From a virus (Duplodnaviria > Caudoviricetes), in the IMG/VR virus record IMGVR_UViG_3300003465_000373, positions 1 through 58,404 of that record: a DNA stretch of 58,404 bases. One strand, given 5' to 3'. Of this stretch, positions 34,354-42,123 are shown piece by piece. Numbering within the stretch: position 1 is the first letter of the stretch; each line of letters opens with the position of its first letter. A program made the translations under genes and the position numbers. A model generated the notes under the pieces. It saw nothing but the letters and a program-made list of their open reading frames with translations, did no database searches and was not told the DNA's origin.

Positions 34354-34626
34354 TGCGACAGATACCCCTTCACAAAGCCGCCGACCATGCAGCCGAAGCC
34401 GAATGCTGGCATCGTCCAGCCAAACGGGATCAAGAACGACCTGTAATCCGAGATTTGTTCTCTGGCGATGCAGTCGCCGGCATACAGCAGGCCGCTCATG
34501 ATGGCCGAGAAACAGATGCCGAGTAAGAGTCCTAAAAACGAACAGACTAGAGTTTTCTTCACGTTATTCCTCCTTGGATATAACTCTTATCGACACATTT
34601 AAGCGTTAACTTCACTATTTAACTTC

Positions 34627-34989
34627 ATGCTCAAGTTGCCGCTTGCTTACGCCACTATGTCCGTGATTTTCCTGTCGGCGTGCTTGGTCTTCAACTACTT
34701 CATCAACACTGTTCTTAAGCACTCACAAGGCTTTTGGACTGATGTAAAGGCATGGGCTTTGTTCGCCGTCCCACTCATGTTCATCCACAGTTTCATCACG
34801 CTTGCCTGGCGAACTGGCAAGGAGGCCGGTATTGACGGGTGGGGCGTCACGATTACCGCCACCCTTGCCAATGCTCTCGGTACAACCCTTGCCCTGTGGC
34901 TCTTCTTTAACGAACCACCCACTGCCGGCAAACTCATCGGCCTTGGCCTAGTAGTCGCCGGTAGCGTCGTAGCTACCTGCTACGGCTAA
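34627..34989 (+). CDS. 4-TM DMT/SMR-like membrane protein
   Basis: Four hydrophobic helices; LFFNEPPT.GKLIGLGLVVAG. Confidence 0.7.
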   Translation: MLKLPLAYATMSVIFLSACLVFNYFINTVLKHSQGFWTDVKAWALFAVPLMFIHSFITLAWRTGKEAGIDGWGVTITATLANALGTTLALWLFFNEPPTAGKLIGLGLVVAGSVVATCYG

Positions 34990-35332
34990 ACCGCAATAAT
35001 CCCGCCATCCACGACTTCGCCTTGTAGTAGCGTTATTTGGTTCATTGCGAGCGTGATACCGGCATTCTTTAGTGCGTCACGCCATTGTAATTCCAAATCG
35101 GACGGAGTGAACACCGGGCCATCCAAAAAGAAGTCTATATCTGGGGTTGGCAAGTCTGGTCCAATGATCGCCTCCCTTGGCGTTGGCACCAAATCACCAT
35201 AACGCCGATTGGTCTTATTGGTCTGACCTGTTATCAGATCGACTGTGGACGAAGACAGTATCGCATTGTGAATGTTCCAGTAGGGCATGACCTTACCTCC
35301 TTTTGGAGTATGTATTGTCATGGCAGTACAAA

Positions 35333-35413
35333 TGGGTCCATGAGGAATCGAACCTCTTAGGATTAACCAGCGGTTTTACAGACCGCCTTGCTTCCCACAG
35401 CGATAGTGGACCC
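35333..35413 (-). tRNA. tRNA-Tyr(GTA)
   Basis: GCGGT-CTGTAAA-ACCGC, V arm, atypical D arm. Confidence 0.8.
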
Positions 35414-35447
35414 GACTGGAACAGAGAACTTGGCAACAGTTGTAAGA

Positions 35448-35518
35448 GGCATAAGTACGGGAATCGAACCCGCTCCTCTCCCTGTGGACGGGAGTGTGCT
35501 CCGATACACCAAGCCCCC
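35448..35518 (-). pseudogene. tRNA-like gene with broken acceptor stem
   Basis: D, anticodon (CTCCC-GTCCACA-GGGAG) and T arms present; acceptor strands do not pair. Confidence 0.55.
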
Positions 35519-35526
35519 AAATTGTA

Positions 35527-35646
35527 TGGCCCCACCGGTCAGGACTCGAACCTGACAACCTTTCCCTTGCGGGCTTGCTCTTCATCCACACCCCATACAT
35601 TCAGAGGGGGAAATTAAGTGGCTACCACCTTCGAGCTACGGGGGGT
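35527..35646 (-). ncRNA. anticodon-less tRNA mimic with D-loop insert
   Basis: D stem GCTC/GAGC encloses a ~45-nt hairpin; CCC-GCAA-GGG mini arm; T arm GTCAGG-TTCGAGT-CCTGAC. Confidence 0.7.
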
Positions 35647-35789
35647 AAGCGGGGGCTGTACTCCTATCGAGCATCCTCATTCTCCAGCCCGCTTTCCACG
35701 GCGGACCTGGGTTCCAGAGTTTCGTGTTGCCTTTTTAGGCTTATTTCGTATACTGCACGTCAGTCGCCCCACATTCAGGAGGACCAACG

Positions 35790-36395
35790 ATGTTTTCCAT
35801 GACCCGCCGCAGCTTCCTCAAGGGCCTGGCCGCATTGGGCGGCTTCCTCGGTCTGACCAAGGTCGCAACCGCTAAGCCGGTGCCCGTCGATCCCAAGCCG
35901 TCCCACCTTGTCCGCCTCCAGTTCGAGAAGCACAGCGAGTGCGACGATCTATGCGTCGTCAACGGCCCCGAGGCCCTGAATGGCATCCCCTTGGAGGAGA
36001 GGCCCACCGGCCTCCATGCCTCGTGGAAAGGCATCAGCTTCAAGTGGAGCCGGGAAGGTCGTGCCTGGATCGACAAGAAAGACGCCCAATGGCTCAGGTG
36101 GAAGCTGCCGAAGGGGCCTTATGACTCGCCCTTCGGGGAAAACATTCGAGACTTCATCTCCTGGGGCGAAGTCATCATCATTGAGGAAGTCACCTTCAGT
36201 ACCACCAGGAACACCGCCTGTGTGACCTTCATGTTGAAGCCCTGCGAAGCAACACGGAAGATTGAGTACCCGTCGAACTTCCACTTCAGCCAGAGCAGGG
36301 AGACGATCCGCCAGGAAGTCGAGCGAGCCTTTGCCGACACCGGCGACCCCAGGCCGGGCCTGCCGATTGACGACTATATCGGCCCGAAAAAGTAA
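35790..36395 (+). CDS. protein with twin-arginine (Tat) signal peptide
   Basis: MTRRSFLKGLAALGGFLGLTKVATA; AGGAGG RBS. Confidence 0.75.
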   Translation: MFSMTRRSFLKGLAALGGFLGLTKVATAKPVPVDPKPSHLVRLQFEKHSECDDLCVVNGPEALNGIPLEERPTGLHASWKGISFKWSREGRAWIDKKDAQWLRWKLPKGPYDSPFGENIRDFISWGEVIIIEEVTFSTTRNTACVTFMLKPCEATRKIEYPSNFHFSQSRETIRQEVERAFADTGDPRPGLPIDDYIGPKK

Positions 36396-36396
36396 G

Positions 36397-36478
36397 TGCG
36401 TTGGGAGGGAATCGAACCCCCACAGCCTAATGGCGTCTGGGTTACAGCCAGGTGAACTCGCCAATGTTCAGCCAACGC
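36397..36478 (-). tRNA. tRNA-Tyr(GTA)
   Basis: CTGG-CTGTAAC-CCAG, V arm. Confidence 0.85.
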
Positions 36479-36484
36479 ATTGAG

Positions 36485-36620
36485 TGACCCTGGAGGGACT
36501 CAAACCCTCAAGCCCTTTACAGTGTGGGATGGGACTGCACCAACCTTCCACTTGCGGTTTTATCTCCCGCTGGCGGCGGCTTTCTCTGGGCCGCTTGTTT
36601 TTCGTTTTCACCACAAGGTC
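36485..36620 (-). ncRNA. tRNA-ended RNA with replaced D/anticodon domain
   Basis: GACCTTG/CAGGGTC-A acceptor, T arm GAGGG-TTTGAGT-CCCTC, ~100-nt structured interior. Confidence 0.6.
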
Positions 36621-36628
36621 ATTAACAG

Positions 36629-36706
36629 TGCCAGCGGAGGGACTCGAACCCTCGACCTTCCGGGTTTCAACCGGACGCTCTTTCCAAAAAGCTGAGCTAC
36701 GCTGGC
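36629..36706 (-). tRNA. tRNA-Phe(GAA)
   Basis: TCCGG-TTGAAAC-CCGGA. Confidence 0.9.
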
Positions 36707-36746
36707 ATTTGGCCTTACCGAATTGTCAAAGATCGAAACGATCAAG

Positions 36747-36819
36747 TGCCTGGGGTCAGACTCGAACTGACCACCCCTTGCTCTTCAGGCAAGTGCTCTA
36801 CCGGATGAGCTACCCAGGC
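36747..36819 (-). tRNA. tRNA-Phe(GAA)
   Basis: CTTGC-CTGAAGA-GCAAG. Confidence 0.92.
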
Positions 36820-37177
36820 ATTCATTCACACGTCGAGGCCCCGGAGCCGGGCGATCTTCTCCAGTTCGTTACGCCTCTGAACCAGCCGCTTGAGGGTGCG
36901 GTTGTTCGCCGCCTCCCAAGGCGTCTCCGGTTCGTAGTTGTCGATAATCTGCTGGAGGGCCTCGATCTTCTCCTCCAGCGTCATGTCGCTCCTCATCAAC
37001 GTCCAGGCGTTCATATTTTTACATTCCACCAAATCCGTCGCTACTTCCCTCCTTAAACCAGAGGTATAGGAGGAAGAGTAAAAACGCTAACACAATGCCC
37101 GCACAAAGGTTTCCCATATTTCGTGCCCCGGCGACCAGTTGTCCCGGCGTTGCAGGCCAGCGTCCTCCAAGGGCAAG

Positions 37178-37266
37178 CGGAAGGAGAGGGAGTTGAACCC
37201 TCGGCCCCCTTGCGGGAGCGACGGTTTAGCAAACCGTTGTGGAAAACCGACATCCACGTTCCCTCC
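37178..37266 (-). tRNA. tRNA-Ser(GCT)
   Basis: ACGGT-TTGCTAA-ACCGT, long V arm. Confidence 0.85.
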
Positions 37267-37287
37267 AGTTTGACCTGACAAAACTTG

Positions 37288-37374
37288 CAAGACATTGACG
37301 GACTCGAACCGTCTCACCGGGCTATGAACCCGGTCGTTAGCCGATAACTGTAGTCCTACGACCATTCAGGTCTT
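37288..37374 (-). ncRNA. initiator-like (CAT) tRNA with enlarged D arm and bulged acceptor
   Basis: CCGGG-TTCATAG-CCCGG (three G-C pairs); D arm GTCGT..ACGAC extended. Confidence 0.65.
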
Positions 37375-37468
37375 TGAACGCCGCAGTCGCCTTCATGGCC
37401 CCCACGATACAACTGCCTTCGCAACAGGTCTGGCCTTGCGGCCAACTTAGTGCAGGCTGACGTTCAAG

Positions 37469-37541
37469 TGCAAGGTACGGGACTCGAACCCGTAAACCCA
37501 CGTTGGCAACGTGGTGTGATCGCCAATTTCACCAACCCTGC
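37469..37541 (-). tRNA. tRNA-Gly(GCC), atypical A73
   Basis: CCACG-TTGCCAA-CGTGG. Confidence 0.85.
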
Positions 37542-37576
37542 GGCTCCAGCGAGACAACAAGTCCAAAAGACGTTCG

Positions 37577-37642
37577 TGATCTTCGGGTGGGAGTCGAACC
37601 CACAACCTCTCCAGCTTGTCACCTGGACACGATCCAAGATCA
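37577..37642 (-). ncRNA. D-armless tRNA-like RNA (GAC in an 8-nt loop)
   Basis: GATCTT/AAGATC acceptor, TCCAG-GTGACAAG-CTGGA, T arm GTGGG-TTCGACT-CCCAC. Confidence 0.65.
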
Positions 37643-37711
37643 TCCGGGGGAACCTTCTTCCAAAGAGGTAGTCCTCTAGGGCATTCTCGCAGTTAAGGCT
37701 TATTCAGCCAG

Positions 37712-37782
37712 AGACTCCGGTCGGATTTGAACCGACGTGTCTGATTTTGCAGACCAGTGCCTTGCCTCTCGGCCACGGAGTC
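37712..37782 (-). tRNA. tRNA-Cys(GCA)
   Basis: CTGGT-CTGCAAA-ATCAG, U73. Confidence 0.92.
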
Positions 37783-37790
37783 TTGTTGTC

Positions 37791-37979
37791 TCAGAACGGT
37801 CGCCAGATCAGGTAGCCGGCCCCGAACAGCACTGCCAGGATCAGCAGAGCCAGGAGCCAAGACAGCCATCCGCCGCCCTTGGGCGGCTCTGACTTCTTGT
37901 CCGTGTTCCCCTTCATGATCTCCTTGGCCACTACAGTCCCGACAACCACCGACGTTGGGTTAAGGAAGCCCATGACCAT
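37791..37979 (-). CDS. small membrane protein
   Basis: C-terminal TM helix; GGAGG RBS. Confidence 0.6.
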   Translation of the reverse strand: MVMGFLNPTSVVVGTVVAKEIMKGNTDKKSEPPKGGGWLSWLLALLILAVLFGAGYLIWRPF

Positions 37980-38015
37980 CCCTCCATGAAAAAGAGGACA
38001 ACCGTTCTGTCACAG

Positions 38016-38088
38016 TATTCCCGGCAGGAGTCGAACCTGGCATCGCTGGCTTCGCAGGCCAATGCTCTGTCCATTGAGCTACGGGAAT
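38016..38088 (-). tRNA. tRNA-Arg(GCG)
   Basis: TTGGC-CTGCGAA-GCCAG; A20-type D loop. Confidence 0.87.
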
Positions 38089-38199
38089 AAAAAAACCCTC
38101 CAGACTGGCTTCAGGCTGGAGGGTTCTGAGATTCTTATCTCTATGGTGCTTGCCGACTTACTCATGCTTCTCTTCAGTCGGTACACTTCCCTCCAGCCT
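38089..38199 (-). promoter_or_regulatory. transcription attenuator 2
   Basis: Terminator CCCTCCAG/CTGGAGGG-T7 directly before tRNA-Arg; antiterminator AGGCTGGAGGG (38189-38199) inside the leader ORF. Confidence 0.82.
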
Positions 38200-38256
38200 T
38201 GCGGAATAACGCAAGGACGAAAGACAAAGGCCCAGACTAAAGCAAAACACGTTCAT
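38158..38256 (-). CDS. leader peptide 2 (32 aa)
   Basis: MNVFCFSLGLCLSSLRYSARLEGSVPTEEKHE*; AGGA RBS. Confidence 0.75.
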   Translation of the reverse strand: MNVFCFSLGLCLSSLRYSARLEGSVPTEEKHE

Positions 38257-38282
38257 CGTTCAGTATTCCTGAGTTAAGGGCA

Positions 38283-38594
38283 TTACTGCCCAGCACCACT
38301 TATGTAGTAACCAGCCTCGATTTTTTTCGCAACCTGGGTTTCTTTTTTCTCGATCATCCCAACAGGACGCTCCGAGAGGACGATAGGTTCGGGCACTCTC
38401 TTGATTTCCTCGCCACATTGCGAGCAAAACAGCCTCACCACCACATCCTTGACGCAGACCGCCTTGTGGACGATCCGGCCGTCTTCTTCCTTGATTGCCA
38501 GTGTTTCCCAGATGTTTTCTTCGGAAACGTGCTTCTCGAACTCCTTTGAGCCGCAGTTGCACCTGACATTGTTCTTATCGTCCAGTGTGACCAT
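38283..38594 (-). CDS. Zn-ribbon hypothetical protein
   Basis: CNCG and CSQC motifs. Confidence 0.6.
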   Translation of the reverse strand: MVTLDDKNNVRCNCGSKEFEKHVSEENIWETLAIKEEDGRIVHKAVCVKDVVVRLFCSQCGEEIKRVPEPIVLSERPVGMIEKKETQVAKKIEAGYYISGAGQ

Positions 38595-38631
38595 GATCTT
38601 TAGGGCAAAAACACCTTTTTGTTATCTATGG

Positions 38632-38967
38632 TCACATCGAAAAACTCGACCCGCACCCACAAGTCGTCTTGACATTGGGGTTAGTGCAGACGAAGCCCAT
38701 GCGGTTGAGGTCGTTAATGAAGTCGATGGTCGTGCCATCGACGTACATGGCGGAACGGAGGTCAACCATGACCTTCACGCCGTCCTGCTCGATCACCGTG
38801 TCCTTCTCTTTCGGGGCCTCCGGGTCGAGTTCGAGCTTCCACTGGAAGCCTGAGCAGCCGCCGCCTCGCACGGCCACACGGAGCTTAATCTCCTCGCCCT
38901 CCTGAGCCTGCTCTGCGATGATCCTCTTGATCTCTTTAACGGCGTTCTCGGTAAGCGTTATGTTCAT
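38632..38967 (-). CDS. iscA: A-type Fe-S carrier (IscA/ErpA/HesB family)
   Basis: LRVAVRGGGCSG, NPNVKTTCGCGSSF. Confidence 0.92.
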   Translation of the reverse strand: MNITLTENAVKEIKRIIAEQAQEGEEIKLRVAVRGGGCSGFQWKLELDPEAPKEKDTVIEQDGVKVMVDLRSAMYVDGTTIDFINDLNRMGFVCTNPNVKTTCGCGSSFSM

Positions 38968-39044
38968 TGTTCCTTCCGGTGAAATCGCACAGTGGCATGG
39001 TTCAATACGAACCATGCCACTGTGAAATAGTGTCATCGCCAGAA

Positions 39045-39341
39045 TTAGATGACCTGGCAAGCCTGCTTTGGGTTGTCCGCAATGTGCTTGCGGAGATCGC
39101 CCACGGTAAAGCGGACGAAATCACTCCGCTTCTTGCCTGGCCACTGAGCCATGACCTTGGTCTTGGCCGGGAGCTTCACAAGCTCTTCCGGGCTTTCCAC
39201 GATCTCAACCACCGTCCGGTCTTCGTACTGACGGAAGACGATGAATGGGTTGTGTGGCAGCGTCTTCTTGCTGCGGATGCCGCTCAACTGGAAGTAAGCG
39301 GTCTTGTTGTTGGAACCAGTCGTTTCGATTCTCGTAGTCAC
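39045..39341 (-). CDS. hypothetical protein
   Basis: 98-aa ORF with AGGA RBS. Confidence 0.6.
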   Translation of the reverse strand: MTTRIETTGSNNKTAYFQLSGIRSKKTLPHNPFIVFRQYEDRTVVEIVESPEELVKLPAKTKVMAQWPGKKRSDFVRFTVGDLRKHIADNPKQACQVI

Positions 39342-39416
39342 AGTTCATTTCCTTTCTGTTCTTTCGTTTGTGGTCCCTTTGGACATGATGTATATCGGCA
39401 CCGTTGGTGTGGGACT

Positions 39417-39914
39417 TTAACGAGTTTCCGGGTGATAATACTTGGGGAGATAGGCAAGAAGAGCGTCGAGTTTGTCCTCCTGCGTCTTAATGTACTCTTG
39501 CGAGTAGTTGCGATACAGGTGGCCGGCGTAGTTCTTGGCGAGTTCTCCGAGCCGGTCCCAATCAACCCCCTCGTTGCCGAAGAAGCGGTGGATTAGTTTG
39601 TACGTCTCCGTCTCCACCGAGTCCCGGTCCTTCGTCTCTCCACGGCTGCCACGTCGGTTGTCCAACAAGTATACCATTTCCTTGGCCACCTTCTCGTAGG
39701 GGTCGTAGTGTAGTTCCTCGTGGAAGTAATGCTCCTTTTGCATTTTTCGCTTCATGAACATGGCCGGCTCGCCCTTACCACGGAACCAGCCATCGCTCGG
39801 CTTCGGCTTGCCGCCGTTCGTAGAAGGTTTAGGGCCTAAGCCGCTCTTGTCGGTCTTGATGAACAAGGCGTCTTGGCTTTGTTCTTCATTCGTGAGCCAG
39901 TGCTTAAAGTGCAT
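39417..39914 (-). CDS. hypothetical protein with capsid-targeting-like N terminus
   Basis: Starts MHFKHWLTNEE. Confidence 0.6.
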   Translation of the reverse strand: MHFKHWLTNEEQSQDALFIKTDKSGLGPKPSTNGGKPKPSDGWFRGKGEPAMFMKRKMQKEHYFHEELHYDPYEKVAKEMVYLLDNRRGSRGETKDRDSVETETYKLIHRFFGNEGVDWDRLGELAKNYAGHLYRNYSQEYIKTQEDKLDALLAYLPKYYHPETR

Positions 39915-40153
39915 ACCATATCTACAGTTCTCGCCCCAATTATCTCGACCGGCGAGGTCGTTTCTATCCAACAACGAGCACCACAAGACAGCGGCTTGTC
40001 CGGGCTGTAGATCAGCTTGGACGGGCCGTGAATGATTACTTCGTCCCCGTAGAAGTTTTGGCGATAAGTCTTAACCGTCAGAACCGGCAGCCTCGTCCCG
40101 TTCTTCTTGTTCGACCTAATGTGAAATTGGTTGACGTGGATTTGCTTCTTCAT
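39836..40153 (-). CDS. hypothetical phage protein
   Basis: IHVNQ..IRSN.K.G...PV.TVK...GPSK.IYSPDKPLSCGARCWIET, a pattern I recall from phage proteins. Confidence 0.7.
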   Translation of the reverse strand: MKKQIHVNQFHIRSNKKNGTRLPVLTVKTYRQNFYGDEVIIHGPSKLIYSPDKPLSCGARCWIETTSPVEIIGARTVDMVCTLSTGSRMKNKAKTPCSSRPTRAA

Positions 40154-40176
40154 GTAGTTAATATCGGCAGGAGCAA

Positions 40177-40208
40177 CAAAAAACCGCAGCGGGGAAACCC
40201 GCTGCGGC
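40177..40208 (-). terminator. intrinsic terminator
   Basis: CCGCAGCGGG hairpin followed by a T run on the minus strand. Confidence 0.85.
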
Positions 40209-40228
40209 TGCTGCGTCACTCTCTGTCA

Positions 40229-40636
40229 CTACTTCATGGGTTGGGCGTGCAGGTGCTTGGCCACGAACGGCTGGAGGCCGGACATATCACCACTCTGGGC
40301 GGACTGATACAAGGCCATGCCCAACTTACCAACTTCAGGGTCTTGCGGAGTTTTCTGAAACTGGCGGGTGAAAATCTCATAAAGCTGGAGCCAATTGGGG
40401 TCACTGATCTGGTCAGCAAACGTGCTAAGGCTTATTCTCTTTGGCTCGCCCGGTGTCGGTGGCTGCCCCGGTGGTGTGCCTTGCCCTGCTGGACCTGCCG
40501 CAGCCTGTCCTGGACTCGGCTGTGCTTGCGGTCCCGTCTGATTGATCGGGATTGCACGCTGTCCGATGTTAGGAAGCAAATTGCCAAACCCTTCGTTTTG
40601 TGCCCGCTCCTTAAGCCATTCGTGAAACTTCTTCAT
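40229..40636 (-). CDS. hypothetical protein with capsid-targeting-like N terminus
   Basis: MKKFHEWLKERAQNEG then a Pro/Gln linker. Confidence 0.7.
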   Translation of the reverse strand: MKKFHEWLKERAQNEGFGNLLPNIGQRAIPINQTGPQAQPSPGQAAAGPAGQGTPPGQPPTPGEPKRISLSTFADQISDPNWLQLYEIFTRQFQKTPQDPEVGKLGMALYQSAQSGDMSGLQPFVAKHLHAQPMK

Positions 40637-40680
40637 GTATCCATCCTTGTTGTGCAAATCGTGATTTATCTATGCACTGC

Positions 40681-41451
40681 TCATTTCAAATTAAAGCACT
40701 TATCCAAGTGGCAGAGCATTCGCTGACGGCCATTTGGCGAGGCAACTGGCTTCTGTGACGAGTCGCAGTGCTTCTGGACGTAAGTCTCAACCTCACCAAT
40801 GTCAACGGACCTGTTGTTATCATAGTCTGCCTCGCTCAAGGCTTTGACGAATGGCTTAACGAAATTCCAGACGTAGGCTGATTTATGCGACTCGCACGCT
40901 GCCAAGATCGCTACTCGGTCATTGTGCTTGTCCCAATCGACCAACATCGCTCCAGCGTGGCAGGCGTCCACCAGGAGCAGCAGGTGGGCCTTTACTTTCG
41001 ATAGTGCTTCGATTATCTCGGCAGCCGTCACACTATCGCTGGCTGGGTAGAACTTGAAGTTCCCTTCTTTGCCCCCGCTGCCGTGCGTGCCAATGTAGAC
41101 GATGCACAAGTCATCGGGACCAGCAACATCCGCCACCCACTTTAGACCTTCCAAACACTTCTCTCTTGTGGCCTGTTGGCTGTGGACAGATTTAATCTTG
41201 ACGTGGTAAGAGCTATCGCACGCCTTCTTGATCCCGTCCTCGATGTGGCGGGCCTCCTGGGCAAACACGTCCTCACGGTTGCTGTTGACAGCAACGTAGT
41301 TGACGCCAACGCTGAACATAATCAGATTAGGTTTACAGTAAGGAGCCGGGCATTGAGCCGGCACACGATTCGGAGCTTCTGTGGCGTTGATGGCTCCAAA
41401 TGCCATCAGGGCTACTACAGAAGCAAAAAAGCGAAAGCATCTTCTGAGCAT
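40681..41451 (-). CDS. secreted caspase-like (C14/C13) protease
   Basis: His-Cys dyad VYIGTHGS / LLVDACHAG; signal peptide. Confidence 0.8.
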   Translation of the reverse strand: MLRRCFRFFASVVALMAFGAINATEAPNRVPAQCPAPYCKPNLIMFSVGVNYVAVNSNREDVFAQEARHIEDGIKKACDSSYHVKIKSVHSQQATREKCLEGLKWVADVAGPDDLCIVYIGTHGSGGKEGNFKFYPASDSVTAAEIIEALSKVKAHLLLLVDACHAGAMLVDWDKHNDRVAILAACESHKSAYVWNFVKPFVKALSEADYDNNRSVDIGEVETYVQKHCDSSQKPVASPNGRQRMLCHLDKCFNLK

Positions 41452-41530
41452 GAAGCTATGTATCCAAGAGTTATTTCAAAATAATTGCCCTACATATAGG
41501 ACAAGTAGTTTCTTCGCTTGAGGACTAACA

Positions 41531-41863
41531 ATGGCTTCATTTTCTGAATGGGTGGGCGGCAAGCTCAACGAAACACAAGAGCAAGGTCTTGTAGACAAGC
41601 ACTTGCCTTCACCAACAGAAATACAACAACTCCGCACGGTTGTTTCCAAGCTGTATGAGTTATGGCCGCACCAACCCCGATTCCCAGGCAACCACGATGA
41701 GGCGAGAAAGAAGGGGTACTATAGCTGGGCCGACATGGTTTCCAAAGAAAACCCAGCCGTGCAGGACTTTGAGAGAGTACAGCAAAAGGCAGAAAAAATG
41801 GTTGACGCCATGATTGAAAAGCTCAGAGACTTGCAATTTGAAATCCAACACATGGACGTTTAA
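41531..41863 (+). CDS. hypothetical protein
   Basis: Starts MASFSEWVGGKLNE; GAGG RBS. Confidence 0.65.
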   Translation: MASFSEWVGGKLNETQEQGLVDKHLPSPTEIQQLRTVVSKLYELWPHQPRFPGNHDEARKKGYYSWADMVSKENPAVQDFERVQQKAEKMVDAMIEKLRDLQFEIQHMDV

Positions 41864-41871
41864 GGAAGCGT

Positions 41872-42123
41872 ATGGACCTCCACGAAGTTTCACCACCAGG
41901 ATGGCATGGCACAGTCGCCGCTATGCGAATTAAGCACAGTGGCGAAATCGACAACCCCTACGCTCTCGCCTGGCACATGAAGAACAAAGGTGACACGTCG
42001 CATTATAAGGACACCAAGACCTCAAAGGTGAAGAACGTACCGCCCAGGAAAAAGGGCAAGAGGCACCGCAAGAAACTTTTCCCGAGCTTCAAAGAGTGGC
42101 TGGAGGATAGCAATGCCCTTTAA
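41872..42123 (+). CDS. small basic phage protein
   Basis: EVSPPGW.GTV.AM...IDNPYALAW.MKNKG. Confidence 0.7.
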   Translation: MDLHEVSPPGWHGTVAAMRIKHSGEIDNPYALAWHMKNKGDTSHYKDTKTSKVKNVPPRKKGKRHRKKLFPSFKEWLEDSNAL

